Shown: one piece after another, positions 25,005 through 34,404 of the stretch
Layout of the letters: the number at the start of each line of letters is the position of its first letter
Position numbering within the stretch: the first letter of the stretch is position 1
NCBI GenBank assembly: GCA_963769025.1
Contig: CAVYKI010000004.1
Span: 32,001-96,000 of the forward strand
Length of the DNA stretch: 64,000 nucleotides
Source: an uncultured Verrucomicrobiae bacterium
GTDB taxonomy: Bacteria > Verrucomicrobiota > Verrucomicrobiia > Chthoniobacterales > Chthoniobacteraceae
Direction: 5' to 3'
Notes under the pieces: model-generated
The model's input: only the letters and a program-made list of their open reading frames with translations
Databases searched by the model: none
What the model was told of the DNA's origin: nothing
Made by a program: the position numbers and the translations under genes

Positions 25005-26034
25005 ATGAAAGCACTCGTCAAAGCCAAGTCTGAACCCGGTCTCTGGCTGCAGGATGTCCCGGAGCCGACGATCGGAATCAACGACGTGCTCATCCGCGTC
25101 CACAAGACGGGCATCTGCGGGACGGACCTGCACATTTACAAATGGGACGCGTGGGCGCAGAAGACGATCCCGGTGCCGATGGTCGTGGGGCATGAGTTCG
25201 TCGGCGAGGTCGTGGAGGTCGGATCGAACGTGAACGATTTCCACAAGGGCGACATCGTCAGCGCCGAAGGGCATGTGGTGTGCGGGCGCTGCCGGAACTG
25301 CCTCGCGGGCCGGCGGCATCTCTGCGCGGACACGAAGGGCATCGGCGTGAACCGCACGGGCGCGTTTGCGGAATACATCAGCGTGCCGATGACGAATGTG
25401 TGGCATCACCAGCCCGGCGTGGATCCGGAGGTCGCGGCGATTTTCGATCCGTTCGGCAATGCGGTGCACACGGCGCTGAGCTTCGACCTGCTCGGCGAGG
25501 ACGTGCTGATCACCGGCGCGGGGCCGATCGGCTGCATGGCGGCGGCGGTGGTGAAGCACGCGGGCGCGCGCTTTGTCGTGGTGACGGATGTGAACGACCA
25601 CCGGCTCGGCCTCGCGAAACGCATGGGCGCCGACGTGACGGTGAACGTGACGCGGGAGAAAATCGACGACGTGCAGCAGCGGCTCGGCATGCACGAGGGA
25701 TTCGACGTCGGGCTGGAGATGTCGCGGCGATCCGTCGGCGTTCCGCGACATGATCGGCCACATGGCGCACGGCGGAAAAATCGCGATGCTCGGCATTCCC
25801 ACCGAGGAGATCGCGATCGATTGGAACAAGGTGGTTTTCAACATGCTCACGATCAAAGGCATCTACGGCCGCGAGATGTATGAGACGTGGTACAAGATGA
25901 CGGTGATGGTGCAGGGCGGCCTGGACATCACGCCGATCATCACCCACCGGTTTCATTTCACCGAGTTCGAGAAGGGCTTCGAAGTCATGAAGTCCGGCAT
26001 GAGCGGCAAGGTGCTGCTCGACTGGAAGTCGTGA
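25005..26034 (+). CDS. tdh: L-threonine 3-dehydrogenase (frameshift near nt 25725)
   Basis: [85 protein letters not shown]. Confidence 0.96.
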
Positions 26035-26084
26035 GCGGCAGTTGCGCCGGTAATTTCGCCCATCCGTCGGCAGCGTAATTTTTG

Positions 26085-26158
26085 GAACCCCGGCGGTCTC
26101 GGCGGATTCAAGGTGCGGTGCATGGATTTCGCCGCGCCCGCCGCGCCCGCCGCGGTTC
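26085..26158. repeat. Degenerate intergenic inverted repeat built from 9-bp CGCGGCGGG units
   Basis: Left arm GAACCCCGGCGGTCTCGGCGG versus reverse complement of right arm GAACCGCGGCGGGCGCGGCGG (3 mismatches in 21). Confidence 0.5.
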
Positions 26159-26207
26159 AATCCTCCGCCCTTTTTAAAATGGCGCATCCGTGCGTGCGTC
26201 CCGGCTC

Positions 26208-26236
26208 TTGACAGCGCCAGCCTGTCCGCAGAGCGT
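26208..26236 (+). promoter_or_regulatory. Possible sigma70 promoter for the riboswitch-transporter transcript
   Basis: Perfect TTGACA at 26208-26213, 17-bp spacer, weak -10 GAGCGT, about 15 nt before the riboswitch. Confidence 0.35.
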
Positions 26237-26251
26237 TCCGGCAGTTCTTTG

Positions 26252-26400
26252 TCAGTGCTCAATGGCTCCGCGGGTGCGGAGCCAGCGGGGGACCCACTTC
26301 GTTTGCCACAGGGCGAACTCGGGGCGCACGGCGCTACACGCCGGGAGGACTTCATGCCTCCAGCCCGACAGCTAACCTCGTCAGCAGCCATGGAGAGGCA
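26252..26400 (+). ncRNA. Cyclic di-AMP (ydaO/yuaA) riboswitch
   Basis: TGCTCAA-hairpin-AGCGGGGGACCCA...GGGGCGCAC...CCCGACAGCTAACCTCGTCAGCA; pseudoknot pair TGCCTCCA/TGGAGAGGCA; upstream of a KimA-like transporter. Confidence 0.88.
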
Positions 26401-26472
26401 AACGGACGGATCCTCATGCGTTTGGATAACTCTCGTGTTCCCGACCTCCCGGAACGCCCACGCATCCAAAAC

Positions 26473-28275
26473 ATGACCACCTCCGCATCCAACCGTCCGC
26501 GCAACGTGGACGCGCCCCGCGCCGCCGCGATCCTCTACGGCGACTGGGGCACCAGCAAAGCATACGTCATCGGCCTCGCCTTCGCGGTCGCGGGCTACAG
26601 CTCGTTCTGGCTCATCGCCGCCATGTGCGTGCTCACGACGATCGTGGGCATCAACTACCTGGTGATCTGCCGCCACTACCCGGACGGCGGTGGCGTGTAC
26701 GCCAGCGTCCGGGGCCGTTCGGAAGTGGTCGCGATCGTCGGTGCCTTCCTGCTCATCGCGGACTACGTGGTGACGGCCGCCATCAGCGCCCTCTCGGCAT
26801 TCCAGTACCTCCACGTCCCGCACCCCGAATATTTCGCGGCGGGCGCCATCACGATCATTGGTGCGCTGAACTACTTCGGCCCGCGTCACACCGGCGGCCT
26901 GGCGTTCCTGATCTCGGTGCCGACGGTGATCGTCGTGGTCACGCTCGGGGCGTTCGCGATTCCCCACCTCGGCGACGCAATCCACAACCTCCAGCCGCTC
27001 ACGGGCGGCTTTGGGCACAACTGGAACGCGTTCGTCGGCATCGTCCTCGCGCTCTCAGGCGTCGAGGCGATCGCAAATGCGACGGGCGTGATGAAATTGA
27101 ATCCCGGCAGCGAGGGCCGGCCATCCGTCTCGAAGACGAGCACTCCCGCGCTGGTATGGGTGATGGTCGAGGTCTGCTTTTTCACCGCACTGCTCGGCCT
27201 GGCGATGCACGCCCTGCCGGGCCTCGTCTCGCAGAACAATGAAGTGGATGCGCCGGGCGCGGAAAATGTGCGCGACTACATGCTGCACTACATGGGCCAG
27301 AATTTCATCGGCCATGCGCTCGGGGCCACCGCGGGAGTCATCGCCGGCTGGACGGTTAGCATTGTCTTCGGCCTGCTGCTGCTTTCCGCGGTGAACACCG
27401 CCATCGGCGCGCTCGTGTCGCTCACCTTCCTCATGTCGCGCGACGGTGAGCTGCCGCCGCAGTTTCAGCGGCTGAACAAATTCGGCGTACCGACGCTGGG
27501 GCTGATTCTCGTCACCGCGATCCCGCTCGGACTCGTCATCGCCGTGAGCGACATCTCGGGGCTCGCGGACCTCTATGCCGTCGGTGTCGTCGGGGCGATC
27601 GCCGCAAATCTCGGTGCGAGCTCGACGGACAAAAAGCTGCACCTGAAAAAATGGGAGCGGGTGATGATGTTCGCGACGTTCCTCGTGATGCTGGCCATCG
27701 AGATCACGCTGTTCGTCCACAAACCGAATGCGCGCGTTTTTGTCGTAACCATGCTCACGGTCGGACTCATCATGCGGGGCCTCGCCGTGGAGGCTGCCAC
27801 GCGGCGCAAACAGCGCGCGGAAGCCGCATCGGGTGCCGTCCCCGCACCCATCGTGCCCGCAGGCGAGCTGTCCGGCACTCCCATTCTCTGCGCCGTGCGC
27901 GGCATTGGACGCACGCTCGATTTCGCAGTCGAGGATGCAAAAAGCCTCTCCCGTCCGCTCTATCTCCTCTTCATCCGCGAACAACCCGTGGTGACCACGG
28001 AGGATCGCCGCCGGAAATGGCAGGATGACCCAGAGGCGCGTGAGATTTTCGAATACGCCTTTGCCAAGGCCGGCGGCCATCCGGTGCTCCCGTGCTATGC
28101 GGTGAGCGACGCGACGGATGCGACCATCGTGGACATCGCGGCGACCATCGGCGCGAACCGTCTCATCCTAGGCGCACCTCGCCGCGGTGCGCTCGTGCGC
28201 CTGTTGCGAGGCAACCTCATCCGGCACGTCTCGGAGGAACTCCCCGAGGACATCGGCATCGTCGTGTACGTGTGA
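26473..28275 (+). CDS. APC/KUP-superfamily transporter with C-terminal USP-like domain, KimA(YdaO)-like putative K+/H+ symporter
   Basis: Multiple TM helices; ILYGDWGTSKAY (cf. KUP YGDIGTSPLY), YPDGGGVY, ADYVVTAAIS, ALSGVEAIAN; LILGAPRRG...LLRGNLI USP-like tail. Confidence 0.82.
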   Translation: MTTSASNRPRNVDAPRAAAILYGDWGTSKAYVIGLAFAVAGYSSFWLIAAMCVLTTIVGINYLVICRHYPDGGGVYASVRGRSEVVAIVGAFLLIADYVVTAAISALSAFQYLHVPHPEYFAAGAITIIGALNYFGPRHTGGLAFLISVPTVIVVVTLGAFAIPHLGDAIHNLQPLTGGFGHNWNAFVGIVLALSGVEAIANATGVMKLNPGSEGRPSVSKTSTPALVWVMVEVCFFTALLGLAMHALPGLVSQNNEVDAPGAENVRDYMLHYMGQNFIGHALGATAGVIAGWTVSIVFGLLLLSAVNTAIGALVSLTFLMSRDGELPPQFQRLNKFGVPTLGLILVTAIPLGLVIAVSDISGLADLYAVGVVGAIAANLGASSTDKKLHLKKWERVMMFATFLVMLAIEITLFVHKPNARVFVVTMLTVGLIMRGLAVEAATRRKQRAEAASGAVPAPIVPAGELSGTPILCAVRGIGRTLDFAVEDAKSLSRPLYLLFIREQPVVTTEDRRRKWQDDPEAREIFEYAFAKAGGHPVLPCYAVSDATDATIVDIAATIGANRLILGAPRRGALVRLLRGNLIRHVSEELPEDIGIVVYV

Positions 28276-28335
28276 CGCGGCGCGGCGCGGAGTCGCCTAT
28301 TGAATGCGCGGTGCCGTCAGTGCAGCCTCTGCACC

Positions 28336-29527
28336 ATGCTTGGCCGGTTCAAAGATCACCTTACGCAGCAACTCGACGCTATCCGTGACGCCGGGACTTG
28401 GAAGGGCGAGCGTTTCATCGCCACGCCGCAGGGCGTGCGCATCCAGCTCGCCGACGGGCGCGAGGTGCTGAACCTTTGCGCCAACAATTACCTCGGCCTC
28501 GCGCAGCATCCCGAGGTCCGTCGCGGCGGCGCACGCGGCGCTCGACCGCTGGGGCTACGGGCTTGCGAGCGTGCGCTTCATCTGCGGCACGCAGGGAGTC
28601 CACAAGCAGCTCGAAGCAGAAGCTCAGCGAGTTTCTCGGCACCGAGGACACGATCCTCTACGGCTCGTGCTTCGATGCGAATGGCGGCCTCTTCGAGACG
28701 CTGCTCGGCGCGGAGGACGCGATCATTTCCGACGAGCTGAACCACGCCTCGATCATCGACGGCATCCGTCTCTGCAAGGCGCAGCGGCATCGCTACAAGA
28801 ACAACGACATGGCCGACCTGGAGGAAAAGCTGAAGGCCGCGAGCTGGCGCGCGTTTCCGGCTCATCGCGACGGATGGCGTCTTCTCGATGGACGGCTTCA
28901 TCGCGAACCTCGCCGGCGTCTGCGATCTCGCGGAAAAATACGACGCGCTCGTGATGGTCGACGATTCGCACGCCGTCGGCTTCATGGGCCGCACGGGCCG
29001 CGGCACGCACGAGCACTGCGGCGTGATGGCGCGCGTGGACATCCTCACCGGCACGCTCGGCAAGGCGCTCGGCGGCGCGAGCGGCGGCTACACGAGCGGG
29101 CGCAAGGAGATCGTCGAACTGCTCCGCCAGCGCTCGCCGCCCGTATCTTTTCAGCAACACGCTCTGCCCCGAGCATCGCCGGCGCATCGCTGAAAGTGCT
29201 GGAGATGCTCGGCGGCTCCACCGCGCTGCGCGACAGACTCGCCGAGAACACGCGCTTTTTCCGCGAAGCGATGACGCGCGCCGGTTTCCAGCATCCTGCC
29301 CGGCGAGCACCCCATCGTGCCCGATCATGCTCGGCGACGCCGCGCTCGCCACGAAGTTCGCCGACGCGATGCTCGCGCAGGGCGTGTATGTCGTCGGCTT
29401 CAGCTATCCCGTCGTGCCGCAGGGCCAGGCGCGCATCCGCACGCAAATCTCCGCGGCGCACAGCCGGGAGGATTTGGAGTTTGCGGTCGGTGCATTTTCC
29501 GCGGTGAAGAAGGAACTCGGCCTCTGA
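28336..29527 (+). CDS. kbl: Glycine C-acetyltransferase (2-amino-3-ketobutyrate CoA ligase), several apparent indels
   Basis: [89 protein letters not shown]. Confidence 0.95.
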
Positions 29528-29610
29528 GGCGGAACGGCGAAGAATGGGCTCCGCGCCGCGAGGGATGAAATCCATTGCGCTCTCTCCAAGGCGGTCCCTA
29601 TCCTCCCGCA

Positions 29611-30643
29611 ATGCTGCAGACCAGTGATGTCGCGCTCGCTGAGCCAAAAAATGACGGGCGGCGTGAGCGCTACTTGAGCGCTTTCCGTTGGATGCTTCTC
29701 GCCCGGATTTCCGAGGAGAAACTGGCGAGTCTCTATCGTGGCGGGAAAATCATCGGCGGCGTCTTTCTCGGCAAGGGGCAGGAAGCGCTCAGCGCTGCGC
29801 TCGGCCGTCGCGCTTCGCAAGGGCGACATCTTCGCGCCGCTCATCCGCGATCAGGCCGGACGCTCGCCTTTGGCGAAAGCCTGCTCGACTGCACCGCGCA
29901 CCTACATGGGCTCGCGGCTCGGGCCGATGCGCGGCCGCGATGGCAACGTCCATCGCGGCCGACCGCGCGAAGGCTACTCGCGATGATCAGCCACCTCGGC
30001 GCGATGATCTCGACCGTCGCCGGGGCGTTGATGGCGCGGCGGTTTCAAGGCGCGACCGACGTCGTCGGCGCGACCTGCATCGGCGACGGCGGCACCTCGA
30101 CCGGCGCTTTCACGAGGGGCTGAATCTGGCGGCGGTGGAAAAGCTCCCGCTGGTCGTCGTCGTCGCGAACAATCAATACGCCTACTCCACGCCGACCTCG
30201 CGGCAGTTCGCCTGCGCCGATCTCGTCGATCAAGCGCCATCGGCTACGGCGTGCGCGGTCACAACGTCGACGGCACCGACCTCGGACGCCTGCTTCAATG
30301 TGGTCGGCGAAGCCGTCGCCCGCGCGCGCGCCGGGGACGGGCCGCAGCTCGTCGTCGCGGCTCTGCTGCGGCTCGTCGGCCACGGCGAACACGACGACGC
30401 GCATTACGTCGAATCCCGCGTTGAAGGTCTCGCCTCGGCCGCGACTGCCTCGAGGTCGCCCGCGGGCAGATCACCGCCGAGGGGCTGGATGACAGCCGCG
30501 GAACTCGACGCACTCGCGCGAGAAGCTTTACGGGGAGGTCGAGGCGGCATACGCCATCGCCCTGCGCGAACCGCGCCCCGGACCCGAGCCATGAGGACTG
30601 GTGCGCGCTCTCGACGAAGTCACTCTCCGAGGGGCACGAATGA
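29611..30643 (+). CDS. 2-oxoacid dehydrogenase E1 alpha subunit (TPP-dependent), many apparent indels
   Basis: GKGQEA, GRDGNVH, ISHLG, GDGGTSTGAF-EGLNLAAVEKLPLVVVVANNQYA TPP motif, RLVGHGEHDD; TGA at 30641-30643. Confidence 0.88.
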
Positions 30644-30677
30644 CCGTGGTCCGCGCCTCAGATTTTTCATCACGCTG

Positions 30678-31648
30678 ATGTCCATCACCTACCTCGAAGC
30701 GATCCGCGAAGCCCAGGCAAAGCGCCTCGCCGACGATCCGCGCGTCTTCATCTACGGCCAGGACGTCGGCGAATTTCGGCGGCGCATTCAAGGCCACGAA
30801 AGATCTCGCGCAGGAATTTCCCGGCCGCGTCCTCGATTCGCCGATCAGCGAGGACGCGCATGATCGGCTCGGCCATCGGCGCGGCGATCGAGGGAATGCG
30901 CCCGATCATCGAGATGCAGTTCGCCGACTTCTCGACCGTCGGCTTCAACCAGATCGTCAACCACGCCGCGACGCTGCACTGGCGCACGCATGTCCCGTGC
31001 CCCATCACCGTGCGCCTGCCGAGCGGCGGCACCGCGGGCGGCGGGCCATTTCACAGCCAGAGCATGGAGGCGCTCTACGCGCACTATCCCGGGCTCATCG
31101 TGCATGACTCCCGCGACCGTCGAGGACGCCTACTCCATGCTGCTCGAGGCCGTCGCCATCGATGACCCGGTCATCTTCTGCGAGCACAAGTATCTCTACT
31201 ACCACCTCAAGGCCGACGCGCTGCCGACCGAGGCGCTGCCGACGGCAAGGCGCGCATCGCCCGCCCCGGGCGCGACGCCACGATCGTCGACCTACAGCGC
31301 GATGGTCCACGAGGCGCTCGCCTGCGCCGAGGAGCTCGCCGACCGAGGGCTGGGAAATCGAAGTCATCGATCTGCGCATCGATCAAGCCGCTCGACACCG
31401 ACACCGTGCTCGCCAGCGTCGCGCGCACCGGCCGCCTGCTCGCGGTCGGCGAGGCGTTCCCGTGGGGCGGCGTCACCGCCGAGGTCGTCGCCCGCGTCGC
31501 CACCGAGGGCTTTGGCCTGCTCGATGCGCCGCCGATGCGGCTCAATGCGAAGGACACGCCGGTCCCATATCACCCGAATCTCTGGGGCACGCACCGCCCC
31601 ACCGCGCGCACCATCATCGCCGCGATGCGCCAACTGCTCCACGCCTGA
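30678..31648 (+). CDS. 2-oxoacid dehydrogenase E1 beta subunit, many apparent indels
   Basis: MSITYLEAIREA, YGQDVG, DSPISE, GMRPIIEMQFADF, GGGPFHSQSME, DDPVIFCEHKYLY, EVIDLR, DAPPMRL. Confidence 0.9.
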
Positions 31649-31662
31649 CCCACTTTTCATCC

Positions 31663-32860
31663 ATGCCCCGCATTCCCATCATCATGCCGCAGCTCGGCGA
31701 ATCGATCGCCGAGGCCACCATCGTCCGGCTTCCGTTCACCGTCGGCGACGACGTCGAAGCGGACCAGGACATCATCGAGGTCGAGACGAACAAGGCGACG
31801 ATGGGCGTGACCACGCCGTGCGCGGGCAAGCATCGCGGAATTGCTCGGTGGAGCTGCGAGCAGAGCTATCCCGTCGGCACGACGCTCGGCTACCTCGAGG
31901 TCACCGAGGAGGACGCGACGCGGCGTCGGCGTCGATGCGCCGCCGCGCTCGAAACCGGCCCGGCGAAAATCGATGGCGTCGCCCGAGCCCGACCTCGCAG
32001 CGTGCAGCCGACCGTCCGCGGTCTGCCCGTGCCCGCGCACGCCGCCGGCGCCAGCTACATGTCGCCCGCGGATGAAGGCGCGCATGAACGAACTCGGCCT
32101 GCACGCCGCCGATCTCGCGGGCATCGCCGGCAGCGGCGCGGCGCGGCCGCGTGACCATCGAGGATCTCGAGAAATTTCTTCACCGGCTCGACGAGCACAA
32201 GCAGTCGCCCGCCTCCTCGCATGCGCGTCGCCGTGGCCGATGCGATGCGCCGCTCGTGGACGCGCCCGCTCGCCACCGTCGGGCGTGCCGGTCCGCATCG
32301 ATGCCGCTGCTCGCACACCGCAAGGCGAGCGAGCCCAAGCCCGGCCCGGCGCTCTACGCCCTGCGCGCGCTCGCCATCGCCCTCGGCGAAAACAGCGCGC
32401 CCGCCGGCCGGCTCGTCGGCGACAAAATCGTGCATCCCAAGGCGATCGATGTCGGCTTCGCCGTCGAGGCCGAGGACGGCGTGCTCGTTCCCGTGCTGCG
32501 CGAATGCGGACAAGACGCCGCTCGCCGAGCTGCTGCCGCGCTACAACGAACTCGTCGAACTCGCCCGCCAGCGCCGCCTGCCCGCGAGCGCGCAGGGCGG
32601 CAGCATCGCGACCGTCACGAACTTCGGCACCTTCGGCCTCGAGTGGGCCACGCCGATTCCGCTGCCGGAGCAGACGCTCGTGCTCGGCACTCGGCGCGGG
32701 CCGCGTCGTGCCGAGCTGGGACAAGGAAAAGAACGAGTTCGTCCCGGTCACCGAGGCGGAGCTCACGCTCAGCTTCGACCACCGCGTGCTCGACGGCGGC
32801 GCCGCCGGCCGTCTGCTGCGGCGGATCGTCGAACTCCTGCAGCAGCCGGAGAAACTCTGA
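31663..32860 (+). CDS. 2-oxoacid dehydrogenase E2 dihydrolipoamide acyltransferase, many apparent indels
   Basis: Lipoyl domain MPQLGESIAEATI...IEVETNKA, E3-binding-like GIAGSG-GRVT-ED, TVTNFGTFG, LSFDHRVLDG. Confidence 0.9.
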
Positions 32861-32866
32861 CGCGCG

Positions 32867-33283
32867 CTACGGCTTCGTCTGATCCGTAAACGCGGCGAGG
32901 TCGCCCTTCACGCCGGCCTGCTTGAGGATGTCGAACACGGCGACCATCGTCCCCCAAGGGGCTTGCTCGTCCCCCGCGAGCGCGAGGCGCGGCGGGTTGG
33001 GAAGCGCGAGGAGCCTGTCGAGCTCACCGCGCAGCTCCGTGAGCTCCACCTTTTTTGCGCCGAGGAAAATCTCCGCCTTGTTGGAAATGGACAGCTTCAG
33101 CGCCTCGTCGCCCTTCTCGGCGATCACGGCGGTCTTCGCCTCCGGCAGCTTGATCGTCACCGCGGGCTGTTCGCTTTTGAACGTCGTAGTGACGATGACG
33201 AAAATCAGCAGGATCGCGAAGATGTCGATCAGCGAGACGATCATGACCTCGGGCTTCCTCTTGCGGCGTGCGAGGAAGTTCAC
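32867..33283 (-). CDS. exbD: ExbD/TolR biopolymer transport protein
   Basis: IVSLIDIFAILLIF TM motif, IKLPEA, LAGDEQAPWGTMVAVFDILKQAGV. Confidence 0.9.
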   Translation of the reverse strand: MNFLARRKRKPEVMIVSLIDIFAILLIFVIVTTTFKSEQPAVTIKLPEAKTAVIAEKGDEALKLSISNKAEIFLGAKKVELTELRGELDRLLALPNPPRLALAGDEQAPWGTMVAVFDILKQAGVKGDLAAFTDQTKP

Positions 33284-33978
33284 GCCTGCACCTCCGAGGG
33301 AAATTCAAACGAGCCGCGCTTGCCCTTTTGGTTGTAGCACTTCGTGAGCAGGCCGGAGATGAGCAGCTCCATGTCTGCCGCAAGGTTCTCGACCTTCTTC
33401 TGCAGCAGCCCGTGCGCGATGAGCGTCGGGATGGCGATGCCTAGGCCGACGATCGTGGTGCTCAGCGCCTCGGAAATGCCTCTCGCGATGGCGTGCGGGT
33501 CGCTCTGGCTCGCGCTCCCTCCGAATGCGCCGAACACCTGCACGAGCCCGGACACCGCGCCGAGCAGGCCGAGCAGCGGCGCGATGCCGATGATGATTTC
33601 GAGCACGTGCAGCCCATGTTCGAGCCGGCCGACTTCGTGCCGCGCGACAGTCTGCACGGCGTTTTGGTTTTCGTCCTTCGGCTGGTGGAGATTCGACAGG
33701 CCGACCTGTGCGATGCGCCCGAGTATGGACTCGTCATTGCGGACGTAGCGCGTGAGGCGCACCACGGCGTCCGGCGTGTCATTCGGCGCGAGCCGTTCGA
33801 TCTCCCGTTCCAGTTCCTCCGGCACCACGAGGTGCCGCCGCAGCCCTAGACCGCAGACGATGGCGACGGTCACCGCGATGATGGAACACGCGAGCAGCGG
33901 GATCATGAAAAACCCGCCGCCGTGGAAGAAGTCGTAGATTTGGCGGAAGGAGGCGGCGAGGAATGGAAACGCGATCAT
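33280..33978 (-). CDS. exbB: ExbB/TolQ/MotA proton channel protein
   Basis: GGFFMIPLLACS, IAPLLGLLGAVSGL, IARGISEALSTTIVGLGIAIP. Confidence 0.9.
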   Translation of the reverse strand: MIAFPFLAASFRQIYDFFHGGGFFMIPLLACSIIAVTVAIVCGLGLRRHLVVPEELEREIERLAPNDTPDAVVRLTRYVRNDESILGRIAQVGLSNLHQPKDENQNAVQTVARHEVGRLEHGLHVLEIIIGIAPLLGLLGAVSGLVQVFGAFGGSASQSDPHAIARGISEALSTTIVGLGIAIPTLIAHGLLQKKVENLAADMELLISGLLTKCYNQKGKRGSFEFPSEVQA

Positions 33979-33984
33979 GGGTGG

Positions 33985-34398
33985 TCAGAGAATGGTGAAG
34001 GTGAAGGGAATCTCAAGCTGGCCGTCCGTGAGCGCACCGGCGGGCGGGGTTTCAAATTGCGTCTCGCGGACAAACTGCTCGCAGAACTTTTCAAACGCTT
34101 CGTTCGAAGTGTTCGCGACGACGGCGAAGTCCGTCACCTTGCCATCGGCGTCGAGCTTGAAGGTGACCTTCATGTTTCCCTGCGAAAACTCGGTCATCCG
34201 TGGCTCTAGCGCGGCGGCCCAGCGGGCGGCGAGTGCGGCTTTGACCTTCGGCATGTAGGCGGTGAGCAGTTTTGCGGACCCGGCGCCTTTGGGATTCTTC
34301 GGCGTCGCTTTCGTCTTGGTGCGTGAGTCGGCGGCCATGGCGGGAGGATGCGTGGCCAGCAGCGCGGCGGTAAGGAGAAGGAGAGTGCGGATGAACAT
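33985..34398 (-). CDS. Exported stand-alone TonB/TolA C-terminal-domain protein
   Basis: Signal peptide then VTFKLDADGKV...NTSN...FETPP...IPFTF, collinear with the C-terminus of the upstream ORF. Confidence 0.7.
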   Translation of the reverse strand: MFIRTLLLLTAALLATHPPAMAADSRTKTKATPKNPKGAGSAKLLTAYMPKVKAALAARWAAALEPRMTEFSQGNMKVTFKLDADGKVTDFAVVANTSNEAFEKFCEQFVRETQFETPPAGALTDGQLEIPFTFTIL

Positions 34399-34404
34399 GT
34401 GGGG

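Noticed and set aside
28336..32860. Programmed frameshifting or true pseudogenisation of kbl, E1/E2, recG and others
   Set aside because: Indels are numerous, not at slippery motifs, no in-frame stops were noticed in the joined frames and catalytic motifs are intact; sequencing or consensus error is more parsimonious
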